Assembly (NCBI GenBank): GCA_951406725.2
Contig: OX597816.1
Span: 131,006,001 to 131,070,000 of the forward strand
Reading direction: 5' to 3'
From: Octopus vulgaris
Lineage: Eukaryota
Length of the DNA stretch: 64,000 nucleotides
A program made the position numbers and the translations under genes. Below are positions 23,656 through 36,656 of this stretch, piece by piece (the stretch's first letter is position 1; each line of letters starts with the position of its first letter). The notes under the pieces were generated by a model. The model ran no database searches and was not told where the DNA came from. It was given only the letters and a program-made list of their open reading frames with translations.

Positions 23656-25756
23656 TTTTTATGTGAAATCTAGCTATTATATCCGGTGAGTCAAACTTAC
23701 AAAACACACAGCTATAAATATAGTTGAATATCATAGATACATGAACATTTCTGTTCCGACACTATAGACCTCCGTTTTCCAGCACTATAGACCTCCATTA
23801 TACGACCATTAACCTCTACGAAGGTAATCATTAAATTATTAACATTTTCGTCGGAGGACGAACAGACCTTAATGAAGTACTGTTAATCTAGTCAACGGAT
23901 AACGTGGCTCAGTTTCAAGCCATGGTTACAGACCATTTCATTCCATTTACGTCATTAAGCTTCTTGGGAAAAGGCATGAGTATCGCAACTTTCCGTTTTT
24001 TCCTCTCGTTAAAATGTCATAAATTGAAATCGCGTAAGAAGCATTTAAACCACTACTATGACTACTACTACTACTGCCACCACTACTATCATTGTGGATC
24101 CAACATTTACTACTACTACTACTACTACTACTACTATTACTACTACTACTACTACTGCCACTGCTGCTACTACTACTATGAAGTCTATCGACCTGTCAGA
24201 AACAGCAGCCAAATTTTCACACGTTATACCCTACCACCATCTAAAAGGAAGGACACATTGAACAATGGATACACAAAAAGTCACATTGATCACGACTGGA
24301 ATGTCCGCAGGACTGACATAGGGTTAAGCTGCTGCTGCTGCTGCTGCTGCTGCTACAGTAGCTACCGCCCCCAGCTACCGCCCCCAATTTTTCCAGTCAC
24401 GATTAGTTTTAATTTCATCCAACTCTTGCTTTATCTTTAGTAGATGAGATAGGACGAGGTTTGGTGAAGCTAAGTAAGTAAGGCTTGGCAATCTGTCATC
24501 GCTCTACTATATGTTACGGAAAGCAAACAAGATGGAGTAACGACATACTGAATATATAAATCTTATTAGAGATAATACTTTCTGACTTTAGTTTTCTTCT
24601 CCAACTTCTACTGTTCGTTCATTCATTTTTTTCTCTTCTTTCACTCATTGTCACTTGTTAAAATGTTTATTGTTTAGTTTTTTAGAATTTTTGGTTTATT
24701 TTTTCGAAACGATGAGGCTTTCTATCAATGTCAGTATACTTGCGGGGCCTTTGGTAAGTCCACGTTTTATAAATGGTTTTATTTCTATATTGACGTATAT
24801 ATTTATAAAACTTCATAATGTTTCATTACATTAAAAATTTCGATTATATCTTCGGTTTCATTCCATAATCAAGGTTGTTGAAAGCGTTAACACTGGAACA
24901 CGCGACCTTCGTAACAAGCAGAATAATCTTATAGATATGTTTGGATGGTAATAGATGGCACAATAGGTAAAGCGAAGAGAAATACCTGGATGTATGTAGC
25001 TAATTTATGAGTTCAAATTCCATTGAGGTCAACTTCGTTTTTAATTCTTCCGCATCGATAAATTAAATACCATTCAGATATAGAATTAATTTAATCGACT
25101 TTCCTCCAGAGTGTTGTATCAGTGGCATAGTTAGAAGTCATCATCATCATATCATCATCATTATATCTATCTAACATACTCTACATACATACATACATAC
25201 ATACATACATACATACATACATACATACATACATACATACATGCATACATGCATACATGCATGCATGCATGCAAAGCAAATTAAATAAAATCTGGGATTT
25301 TGCAGAGGATCAAAATAGGTAACACAAACAGGACAGTGAAAACAAACAAGAAGGGATGCTAAGCCTAAACGAGGTTGTGGTGGCGAACGCGTAAATCAAG
25401 CTAGGACAGGAGACAAACAAGAACATGTCTTCCTTGTTCCAGCTGTAACGAAGAGAAAGAAAGATGGCCGATGGTCACGTGGGACCCACGTGAACAAAGG
25501 AGGAGTGTGGGAGAGAGAGTGACAGAGTAATAGGATAGAATAGTGAGAGAAGAGGAGGTAAAAGAATAAGAGAGAAAAAAAGAGAAAAACGAAAAAGTAA
25601 AAAGATCGTATAGAGTGCGCATCAGTTTTATAATTTATTATGATAAAACTTACTTGGAAGAGGATGCGTGGCGTTCAATCATATAAAATATAAATATTAT
25701 ATTATTATATGATTTTGTTTTGTTTTACACGTTTCATGACGTCCTGTGCCCACATA

Positions 25757-25807
<51 letters not shown>

Positions 25808-25838
25808 GTATGTAAATGTAAGTATGTACATATACGTA

Positions 25839-25899
<61 letters not shown>

Positions 25900-26106
25900 A
25901 GTGTACAATTAAACACAAGAGAAACTACCTTTAATAGGTAGTTTTATACGCTAGAAGAAGCAGTCAATTTCAAAGGGAATGAAAAATATAAACTTTTACT
26001 TTGTTATTTTTTTACGGTTATACCAAGGTTTCGAATTTTATTTAGCAAATAAAATAATTTGCTAGGCGAAATTCTCATCATTAACCGCGCCATAACATTA
26101 AAATAT

Positions 26107-26258
26107 ATGGAACTGGATAGCCTTGTACCACCTCTACTCAGGCACCCTTGTTCTACTCATTTCTCTCCTATCTTGCAACCATAACCTCGGGCTCCACACT
26201 TAGCCATTACACTTAGTACTTCTTTCCTAGAAGGTCGGCCCTCTGCTAATTATTCCGC
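26107..26258. repeat. Dispersed repeat fragment, copy 1 (unclassified)
   Basis: ccttgtaccacctctactc.ggcacccttgttctactcatttctctcctatcttgc..gtcggccctctgcta also occurs at 29039-29190. Confidence 0.8.
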
Positions 26259-26455
26259 ATTATATGTTATAATTTTATACATACATACATACATACATAC
26301 ATACATACATACATACATACATACATACATACATAAATACATACATACATACGTACGTACGTACATACATATATATATATATATATAGTATATATATATA
26401 TATAGTATTCGAGTACTATTTTTTCCACCTTGTTTCGCATTTATGTGCTTACTCT

Positions 26456-26511
<56 letters not shown>

Positions 26512-26525
26512 TACATATATATATA

Positions 26526-26579
<54 letters not shown>

Positions 26580-26689
26580 TATATATATACCAGAGTAAGC
26601 ACATAAATGCGAAACAAGGTGGAAAAAATAGTACTCGAATACCAGGTGTAGAGTAATAAGCTTTATTAAAATGCTACATAAATATCACG

Positions 26690-26735
26690 AAAACTGCTAC
26701 TCAGAGTTTCAGGTTCCCGTTCGTCGAACAGTTTT
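26690..26735 (-). ncRNA. Degenerate hammerhead-like motif
   Basis: AAAACUGU UCGACGA ACG-GGAA-CCU GAAA CUC U GAG UA GCAGUUUU; 8-bp stem I. Confidence 0.55.
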
Positions 26736-26795
26736 GTTTAAAATGGAGTAAGATAAAATTTCTGCATATAACTTTATGTTCCTCCATTCTAAACA

Positions 26796-26840
26796 AAACT
26801 GTCCAACGAAAGGGAACATGAAATTCTGAGTAACAGATTT
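26796..26840 (+). ncRNA. Degenerate hammerhead-like motif
   Basis: AAAACUGU CCAACGA AAG-GGAA-CAU GAAA UUC U GAG UA ACAGAUUU. Confidence 0.5.
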
Positions 26841-26890
26841 CGTGATATTTTTGATGCTTTTTAATAAAGTATATATATATATATATATAT

Positions 26891-27186
26891 ATCACCGTGA
26901 TCACCGTGATCGACCAGGCTATCAGATGTTGCTACACATCGCTGATCACAATGCGCTTCGCATTGTTTTAGCCTTCAAATGACATACATGGCTAAGCGAG
27001 CAGGCCAACAGAAGAAAGAATGAGAAAAAGTTGTGGCGAAAGAGTAAAGCAGGGATCGCCACCATCCCCTGCTGGAGCCTCGTGGAGCTTTAGGGGTTTT
27101 CGCTCAATAAACACTCACAACGCCTGGTCTGGGAATCGAAACCGCGATCCTACGACCGCGAGTCCGCTGCCCTGACCACTGGGCCA

Positions 27187-27187
<1 letters not shown>
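26891..27187 (-). mobile_element. tRNA-derived SINE family C
   Basis: A box tggcccagtgg and B box gtttcgattcc on the minus strand; colinear with 57774-58078; short tandem tail (cacggtgat)2; flanked by (TA)n. Confidence 0.9.
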
Positions 27188-27222
<35 letters not shown>

Positions 27223-27344
27223 TGTATGTATGTATGTATGTATGTATGTATGTTTGTATGTATGTATGTATGTATGTATGCATGCATGTATGTATGTATG
27301 CATTATTATGTATGTATATGTATGTGTATGTATGTGTGTATGTA

Positions 27345-27375
<31 letters not shown>

Positions 27376-27487
27376 ATGTATGTATGTTTGTTAGAAAACT
27401 TGACAAATATCTTTCCAGCTAAGCTCTGGTAGTGATATCGGTATTTTCGGAAAGAACTAGAGTCAGTTAGAAGTGTGTGTGCGTGTG

Positions 27488-27547
<60 letters not shown>

Positions 27548-28974
27548 TGTGTGTGTGTGCGCGCGCGTGCGTGTGTGTGAGAAGATGAAATCAGAAGTGC
27601 CGCATGAAGTATTTGTTGATGTTGTTACTGCTGCTGCTCTTAATAGTGCTGGCAATAATGATTGTCATTCTGATTCCAGTGGCGGAGATGAGGTTGGGAT
27701 TATTTTGCGGTGGTGTTCTTTTGTTCTTTTTCGTGGACATGGTTGTTGGTGTTGTTGTTGTTGGTGGTGGTGGTGCTACTGCTGCTGCTGCTGCTGCTGA
27801 CGGCAGCGGTGGTGGCAGCGGTGGTGGCAGCGTCAGCCCTGCTCTCGAACAGAACTTCATTGTGATCAGTGGTATTCGAAATGTGGATAATCTGTCAGAA
27901 ATAGTGCACCTAGAACTACATTAGCTAATGTCCTTTCGCTTCTTTCTTTTCCTCTCTTTTTTTTTTAATCAGTAGGATGTTAGATGAGGGAGATTTGTCT
28001 GCTGTGTTAGCAAGTCAAATGACAAAGTAGCACTTGTTGGCGTTGTTGGTGCCGCTGTTTGTTGTAGTTGTGGTGATCGTGGTGGTCGTCATGGTGTTGG
28101 TAGTGATGGTAGATTGGGGGATAGTGGTATAATTCTAGGTATGTTGCTGTTGGAGTCGTCGTTCTTGTTATTGCTGATGATGATGTTGATGTTGATGATG
28201 ATGATGATGATGATGATTGATGATGATGATGATGATGATGATGATGAGGAGGAGGAGGAGGAGGAGGAGGAGGATCATCATCATCATCATCATCATCAAC
28301 ATCACCATCATCATCATCATTCTGATTTACCAAGAACGTGATTCGTGTTTAGTTGCTGACGATAATTGTATCGTTGATATTATGTTGACTTTCTATCCCT
28401 TATCTTTTCTTTTTAAAACCATCCATTTCTTCGAACCAAAGAGGAATCCTTACAAATAGAAACAAATTTTTCCCTCATATTACACCCTCATGTGAAAAGA
28501 AACCAAGGACACATTGGATGATGTCTCATGAGATGCATTACATATACAGTTGAAAGACAGAATGATCGGGCCTGGAACAGATCTTTAAGATATTGACCTT
28601 GAGCCGAATTACAGCCATTTATCCTCTCAGCCAACGGGAAAGCTTTTACACAGTTTCCAAAATCAAACCTTTCTATAGAGAAAATGGGATGAGACACATT
28701 GGATAATGTAGTCTTATCTCAGGAAATACGGCGGTAAATTAGTAGCATCGTAAAAAGCGACGGGTTAGAATATATTACTGTATTTGTTCCGGTTCCCTGC
28801 GTTATGACAGCCCTTAGAGATTGAATTTTACTTACGTATTTTCAGAGTTGATTAATAAAATACGAGGCCAGGGTGATAGATTAGCAGAATGATCAGAACG
28901 TTGGACGGGGTGTTTTGCGGCGGCATGAGTTTCAGCACTTTGCGTTCTGACACTTTTCAATCTCTGGCTCACAA

Positions 28975-29335
28975 CCTGCTACCTCATTTCTCTCTTTCTC
29001 TCTCCACCGTTACCACAGTTCTAATGGCCCCTGTTTCTTGGAAATGGATAACCTTGTACCACCTCTACTCGGGCACCCTTGTTCTACTCATTTCTCTCCT
29101 ATCTTGCGACCATTACCTCGGGCACCACACTTAACCATTACACTTAGTCCTCCTTTCCCAGAAAGTCGGCCCTCTGCTACTTCTTCCGCACCCATATTTT
29201 TCAGACAGGTGTTGACTTGCAACAGTTTAAGCGGAACGTTAAGGACATCAATATTATCCGTCTCGGCATTGCGGGCTGCGAAGGCCAAGGGCTTTGTCCT
29301 CTCCTCCGGACTAAGGAATCTACATTCCACCTTAT
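28975..29335. repeat. Dispersed repeat, longer copy (unclassified, GC-richer end)
   Basis: Contains the 26107-26258 homology at 29039-29190; boundaries approximate. Confidence 0.6.
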
Positions 29336-29553
29336 TGTATATTTAGGATATATTGAAATAGTCATAACTGAAATAAGTTTGATTATAAGTTTGCTCAGCC
29401 AATGCTGGCCTAGGGCTAAACATCATCAATATACAGACGCACATGCTACACATACGCACAGACACATATACATACATGCAAACACGCAAACGCACGCACT
29501 CTATCGTGTGCATTCACTTGAAAATTTAAACGTAGACTTTCCTTTCTTTTTAA

Positions 29554-29630
<77 letters not shown>

Positions 29631-29976
29631 AGACATAAACATATACTTATTCTCACCCACGCGCCTCCACTGTTTTCCTCTTCCATTCTCTCTCTCTATA
29701 TATACAACGTCTCGTTCTCTTATTGGACTTCTCACCCTCTCTCTCTCTTTCACTTTTTTCCCTGTCTTTCTTTTAGTTCTACTATCATTTAGTTTCCTTG
29801 CTTTACACACACACACACACACACACACATACATACATACATACATACATACACACATACACAGTCACCCATACGTACTCAGACACATATCTACACACAC
29901 TTCATTTTTCAGCCATTCCTGTCTTTCCTCCACAAGCACGAGCGCATGCGCCTACACACACACTCATGCATATACG

Positions 29977-30013
<37 letters not shown>

Positions 30014-30195
30014 GCACAAACACACTCTCGAACATTTTCTCTCAACAGCATACGCATGCGTATTCACACAACTACAAACACACAACATATTTTCTCCCCT
30101 CTTTCATGTTTCCCCATTACTCCCCTTCACTCAATCTCTCTCTTTTCTCTCAAATACCCAATACACAAACATACATAAACATGCACACACTTTCA

Positions 30196-30247
<52 letters not shown>

Positions 30248-30624
30248 TGCCTCTCATTTCTATCTCTCTCTTCAATTATTCCCCCCTTTCTCCCACACTC
30301 AATGTTAGTTCATCATTTGTTAATATCCCTTTGACCCTCACAAGGTTGTCACGTACAGTTTCACTCGTATAATCGCATAACATTTCTTTGTCGTCAAACG
30401 TAAGACAGTGAAAACCCATTTGAAAACTTTCGTTTTATCATGGCAATTGGAAACAGCTGCCTGCCTCTACCTCAAACAGAAGTAGTATATACAGACTTCT
30501 TAATTGTTATTATTATTATTATTATTATTGTTTTTGTTGTTGTTGTCGACGTCGTCGTTGCCGTTGTTATTGTTTGTTGTTGTTGTTGTTGTTATTACTA
30601 TTATTATTATTATTATTATTATTA

Positions 30625-30683
<59 letters not shown>

Positions 30684-31874
30684 TTTATTTGAGTAGTGAG
30701 GGTGGTGGAATGACAAAGGCAGTTAAGTGGGCGATTTCGGAGAACGACGGACAAAATGACTTGCGGTGTTGAATTACGTCCCTTTAGATTCTTAATTTGA
30801 ATTTTCGCAGTGGTTGATTTTTTTACCTTTCATTATTCTGTGGGTTTCTGTTGCTGTTCTTGTTGTTATTGTTGCTGTTGTTTTCATTTAACCCTGAATC
30901 AACCTTCATTGAGCAGGTTATGATCAAAGACATTCAAGCTGTGGCTATCCTATCTTCCATATTGGGATTATCTTATCCAACGTGTCCTTACTTTGCTAAA
31001 ATAGTTGGGTGTGGTTTGAGAGAATACAGTTGTTATTTCTAGCAAGTGAGCGACAATGTAGAGGATCCCGAAGCGACACGTCCTTTCCCACAAAAATGTA
31101 ATTTCATGTCATTATAAGAAACCATTATATAATTGCACTTGTCAAAAAAAAATTTGTTTAAAATGAAACTAGCTTTTCTTAATGCATTTTGGACGTTGAT
31201 ACCAAATTTGTCTTTAGTTTTTCCCGAGTGTGTCTTGTTTTTGAAATATGGCAGTTTTCACTTTTATCAATGCTTAATGTATATTAAGTTACATTGTATA
31301 CAAATTGTGTTTATTGCTTGAGCTGAAACATATACACTTGATAAATTCCTTAATAAATTAATTAATTTTGATCCCTCTTTTACGTCATAGTTTCAATTAG
31401 GGACACATATAATTGAAGAATATGCATTATACAAGTTTTTAGAAGTGTTGTGAAATATGACTTTTCTCTTATAAACTTGATTTGAGTAATCGCAATAGAG
31501 AATCCGACAAGCCTGCATTTACAAATCTCTCGTATCTTGTTTCCTTTGTATGAATATCTTGATAGACTGGTCCTCCTTACTCATCACGTGCTACACCAAA
31601 ATTTTTATAAAAAATGTAAAGTGAGAAGGATGAAGTGTACTTTTAATGCCATCGCCCAGATCATTTATTTATAGGCATCGAGGAGGTTTTTCAACTCCAC
31701 TTATATAGGTAGGGAATTTATTATTCTTCTGAAAGTTTTCGCAACCCCATTTAAAAATCTGCCAAATAATATTAATATGTGCAGGGTTCGTTCAACTTCA
31801 TTCTTTTAAAACTGCCAAGATTGTGATCATACAAAAATTCAACCCTGTATGTTTGCTCTATTCAAATAAGAACA

Positions 31875-32290
31875 AGGCGGCGAGCTGGCAGAAACGTTAG
31901 CGCGCCGGGCGAAATGCTTAGCGGTATTTCGTCTGTTATTACGTTGTGAATTCAAATTCCCCCGTGATCGACTTTGCCTTTCGTCCTTTCGGGGTCGATT
32001 GAATAAGTAACAGTTACGCACTGGGGTCGATATAATCGACTTAATCCGTTTGTCTATCCTTATTTGTCCTCTCTGTGTTTAGCCCCTTGTGGGTAGTAAA
32101 GAAATAGGTATTTCGTCTGTCGTTATGTACTGAGTTCAAATTCCGCCGAGGTCGACTTTGCCTTTCATCCCTTCGGGGTCGATAAATAAAGTACCAGTTT
32201 CGCACTGGGGTCGATGTAATCGACTTAATCCCTTTGTCTGTCCTTGTTTGTCCCCTCTATGTTTAGCCCCTTGTGGGTAGTAAAGAAATA
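31875..32290 (+). mobile_element. SINE family A, one head plus two tandem bodies
   Basis: Head ggcggcgagctggcagaaacgttagc, then the unit gtatttcgtctg...gtgggtagtaaagaaata twice. Confidence 0.9.
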
Positions 32291-32448
32291 TATATTCAGA
32301 TAAAAGTTTTTGTTTTGTGTTTTGTAATCCTGCTGAAATTCTACTGAACTAAGTTTAAGCCATTGCCGAAACATATATACTCACACAGAGTTGAAACGCT
32401 GTTTGATTTTTCTTTTCGGCGTTGAATGTTCATCTTCCCACTTCCATT

Positions 32449-32482
<34 letters not shown>

Positions 32483-32714
32483 TCACATACCACCCTTTTA
32501 CATACACACACATATACTCCCACAGAGTTGAAATGCACCCACTACCAGTTTGCCATCACCCCTTCCTTCTTTATTCATCTAAAACCCCTTTCTTTCTCAT
32601 TCATATGTTGTGACGGAGAAAAACACAAGAGTATTATTATAGATGATCAACTAAAAAAAGAAAATTGGAAATTGGTGGTTGCTGGGAGATATGTTAACTT
32701 CAGTGGCCAGTCAT

Positions 32715-33065
32715 AACTACTACATTGGCATAGAAAATAACGGTATATTTTGTAAACCCTCCTTGCATATCCATAATATATTCCAGTAACTTTGAAATTT
32801 CCGCAGAAATCGCACTGATGACCATCGCACTGAATGGAGCCAAACAGTATATTTATGTTATTATGTTCTCATTTAATTGGACAGAATAGGCAATGAGGTG
32901 CACTACTTTTCATTTCTGTTATACAGAAGAACTCTTTCAAACTTCGGTTTGATGAATCAATGCAAAGACGCCAGTCAGATGCTATCTGAGTCTGAGACAA
33001 GTTGATGAAGTAATCTTTGATGTGACTGCAATAGCAGAGTGGAACATCCAGTGCCAAACATGTTG
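32715..33065 (-). pseudogene. DNA-transposase relic, tentatively Sola-like
   Basis: Across frameshifts: DWRLCIDSSNRSLK, VLLYNRN, IAYSVQL, FCGNFKV, MQGGFTKY. This matches the WRLFIDSS..ICGDLKV..QGGYTKYPCFLC transposase type; the superfamily name is from memory. Confidence 0.7.
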
Positions 33066-35030
33066 TCCATTAATTATAATTTTGCTTTCGACAAGGACTT
33101 TTTCACACAGAAATTGACGATAAAAGGCATAAAGAGCAAAAGATCTAGTTGCTATAATTGTTGTAATACGAACCACTTTCAGAACTAGAAAAACTAGGCA
33201 AGAAAACAAGAAAGGAAAGCAAGGAAGATCAACCAAGGTAACAACAAGAACCACGAACCTCAGTTTCCGGAGCACCATCAGTCAAAACTCCAGGAATGGC
33301 AAGAGAAATCGCTTTATGCCTAGTCCTATAAAGAAGCCCACAAACACCCTGTCTCCTAACAATGTCAACCTGTTGTGCAGCTCTATTATTGAATCATACA
33401 GTGAAAAAGAAATAATAATTGTTGAATAAAATGGACATACTGTCGAATGAGACACAAAAGAAAAAGGAATTTTTTTCAAAAACAAGAAAATTCAGGGCAA
33501 AAACCTAAAATTGGCGAGGCAGATGTAACTTCAAAACACAAATATTAAGGAAAATACTGAAGTTGGAGAGGGGTACGAAGAACTGAAATTCACCGTCCTT
33601 CGAAAATCAAAACGACAACTAATAGAAAAAAAAAACTTAATCTGTGGTGACATATATATTCTGATGAAGTAAAAATAACACAAGCACAGTTGAGTTTGGA
33701 ATATAGACAATATGCAAAAGATAAAGATTGTGAACTTGGCCTTCATTCCCTCTGAAGACCGATAAAATAAAGTATCATTCAAGTACTGGGTTAAATGGAT
33801 AAACTAATCCCTGACCTCAAAATTGCTGGTTTTATACTTAAGTTAGAAATAAGAATTTTATTATAAGTTTTGTTACTTTTACTGTTGTTGTTTCAATTAC
33901 TACTATAACTGTCTTATGCATTACTAAAAGAACTCACAATTTAGTCCATAACTCATACATGCTCACACAAACGCCCACATTCCTGGTACACTAATGCGTA
34001 GGTCTCTGGATAAATGTGTGTGGTGGTGGTGGTGGGGAGGGGTGATTTAATGAATCAGTGTTTCTATTTCATACGACATGACATCAAACAATGTAAAAAA
34101 ATGCATTTTGTTTTCATAATCTTTTAACGATTATGTTAGACCAGTCGGCCAATGTTGCCATGTCACGGTGTAGTGACATATTTCATAATACTTATTTTGT
34201 GCCCGAATAAAATCATCATCATATTCATCATCATTATTGTGAGGGAGACGAGTTGACAGAATTATTAGCACGCTGAACAAAATGCTTAATGACCAATAGA
34301 ATTTCGGCACTCTTGCAAATATACTTCTTATGTCTCACAAGGAAGAAAACATGTAAAATGAAAAAATATATTGTTTAAAACAATTTATTAAATATAGGAA
34401 TAAAGTATCTATTTTATCAATTTACATTTTTATCCCCATTTATTTCGAAGACCCAAAACATAAGATGCTGCGTCGATACCGGCTAAACCTTCAGCCGATC
34501 TTGCTAATCAACGTCACCTTATTGGTTATGAAGCCCTGATGCAGAACTAGTTTTTATGTACCGTTTCTAGGAAAAGTTACACTGAAGTGTGTTCCCATGC
34601 CTTCTCCGGGTTCACAGGATAGTTTGTACTCATCTCAGAAGATAGCTTACGTATTTATCAAATATTTGACACTACCACGACTTATGCCGATGAGTTGACT
34701 GTATTCTATGGTACCTTCTTGTATCTAGATAGACTGAGCTACTTGAGGCACATAGGATTGTTGGTGATAAAAAATGAACATTTAAAATTTCAACTGGTTT
34801 AAATACTTCTTTTTTTTTTACTCAGCCATCTAATTTAAAAGCGCTACAAGTCAATAAGAGAATCTCCAAGTGGTTGCTGGACATGCTAAAAATAGCAACC
34901 AGTTTTAGAAAATTAATGACATAACAGATATCATACTTCCAGATAGATGAAAAAGGCGAGAAGTCATTGTACGGAGGAAATATATCAATGTATAGACAAA
35001 CTAAAAACATACGTACATATATACATACAT

Positions 35031-35600
35031 AGGCGGCGAGCTGGCAGAATCGTTAGCACGCCGGGCAAAGTGCGTAGCCGTATTTCGTCTGCTGTTGCGT
35101 TCTGAGTTCAAATTCCGCCGAGGCCAACTTTGCCTTTCATCCTTTCGGGGTCGATAAATTAAGTACCAGTTACGCACTGGGGCCGATGTAATCGACTTAA
35201 TCCGTTTGTCTGTCCTTGTTTGTTCCCTCTGTGTTTAGCCCCTTGTGGGTAGTAAAGAAATAGGTATTTCGTCTGTCTGAGTTTAAATTCCGCCGAGGTC
35301 GACTTTGCCTTTCATCCTTTCGGGGTCGATTAAATAAGTACCAGTTACGCACTGGGGTCGATATAATCGACTTAATCCGTTTGTCTATCCTTGTTTGTCC
35401 CCTCTGTGTGTAGCCCCTTGTGGGCAGTAAAGAAATAAGAAACGTTAGCACACCGGACAAAATACTTAGCGGTATTTCGTTTGTTTCTACGTTCTGAGTT
35501 CAAATTCCGCCGAGGTCGACTTTGCCTTTCATTCTTTCGGGGTCGATAAATTAAGTATCAGTTGCATACTGGGGAGTTGATCTAATCGACCGGTCTCCTC
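35031..35600 (+). mobile_element. SINE family A tandem trimer
   Basis: Three successive cores (gagttcaaattccgccgagg..cctttcggggtcgat) at about 35105, 35280 and 35497. Confidence 0.9.
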
Positions 35601-35666
35601 CATCAGGTAGATGCATAGAGTAGAAAAGAATAGTGAATCTCTATTTTAAAGATCAGACAAGACCTG

Positions 35667-35784
35667 CAATGGAGCACTGTTTCCACAATGGAGTACTGTT
35701 TCCACAATGGAGTGCCGTTTCCACAATGGAGTGCCGTTTCCACAATGGAGTACAGTTTCCACAATGGAGTGTAGTTTCCACAAT
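35667..35784. repeat. 19-bp minisatellite, about 6 copies
   Basis: Unit caatggagNNNNgtttcca with NNNN = cact, tact, tgcc, tgcc, taca, tgta. Confidence 0.95.
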
Positions 35785-35904
35785 TGGGACAGCATTTTTT
35801 CACTATCATCGCTTGACAACCGATGTTGGTGTTTTTACGTCCTCGTAAAAAAAACCAACATCTTTTACTTTTCACAAAGCTTTGATTGGCCTGAGACTAC
35901 AATA

Positions 35905-35995
35905 ATAGCCACTTGTCTCTGGTACCAAGCAGTGAGACAGAAACAGGAACCATGTGGCTTTGAAGCAAACTTCTTACCACACAGCCGCGCCTGCA
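35905..35995 (-). mobile_element. SINE family B 5' head fragment
   Basis: Minus strand reads ggtgcaggcgcggctgtgtggtaagaagtttgcttc..ccacatggttcc. Confidence 0.6.
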
Positions 35996-36425
35996 CCTGT
36001 TTTTTAAAGAGGTATGCATTACATTACATACAATACGTACCTATATGATATGTATATGACATGTTTTGTATTAAAAAATAATCAATCGATGTTGGTCAAT
36101 TTGTTTGTTGATCAAAAGTTTTCTCTATTTTCTGTTTATTTAAATTTAATTCCTGATAAACTTTTGTTTATTCTGTTGTTACCTGCACCCTATCAGCATA
36201 GTGTGCCTGCATACCCATGCCCGGGAATAGTATTGGTAGTTTGAGAGCGATAGTAAGTACGGATACTATTATCCCTTAGACAGTTATTGCAACCGCTAAC
36301 TCTGCTTATGTTGTATGTGGAGTCATATTTGTAGAAAATAGAAATAAACAGTCTTTGACTGCTATTTCTGGTTTTTCGGTATGTGGCTAAGCAACCTGTT
36401 GCTTGCCCCCTTTTTATTTTATATA

Positions 36426-36492
<67 letters not shown>

Positions 36493-36600
36493 AAGAACTT
36501 TTTTTAAAAAAAAGTTCCTACCGATAATGGTTATATTTACATACCGAAATCTACCCGAAAATAATTGTTGTTTTTTTTTAAATTAATAATTATTTATCCT

Positions 36601-36656
<56 letters not shown>

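Larger units (their letters stand above)
26405..26870. mobile_element. Inverted Penelope-like pLTR complex with two opposed hammerhead-like motifs
   Basis: Exact inverted repeat of about 53 bp (26407-26459 and 26588-26640) around (TA)n. A second inverted repeat has arms of about 90 bp (26661-26748 and 26782-26869), each holding a hammerhead-like motif. Confidence 0.7.

Noticed and set aside
27591-28341. Poly-Ala/Pro/His/Asp ORFs resembling transcription-factor low-complexity regions
   Set aside because: Mixed trinucleotide repeats open in several frames, with no domain or clear splice structure. The same applies to 18251-18752.
29255-29335. HDV-like ribozyme in the GC-rich repeat end
   Set aside because: Hairpins exist, but I could not assemble the P1/P1.1/P2/P3/P4 double pseudoknot on either strand.
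35667-35784. CRISPR-like repeat/variable pattern
   Set aside because: The variable part is only 4 nt, there are no cas genes and the context is eukaryotic.
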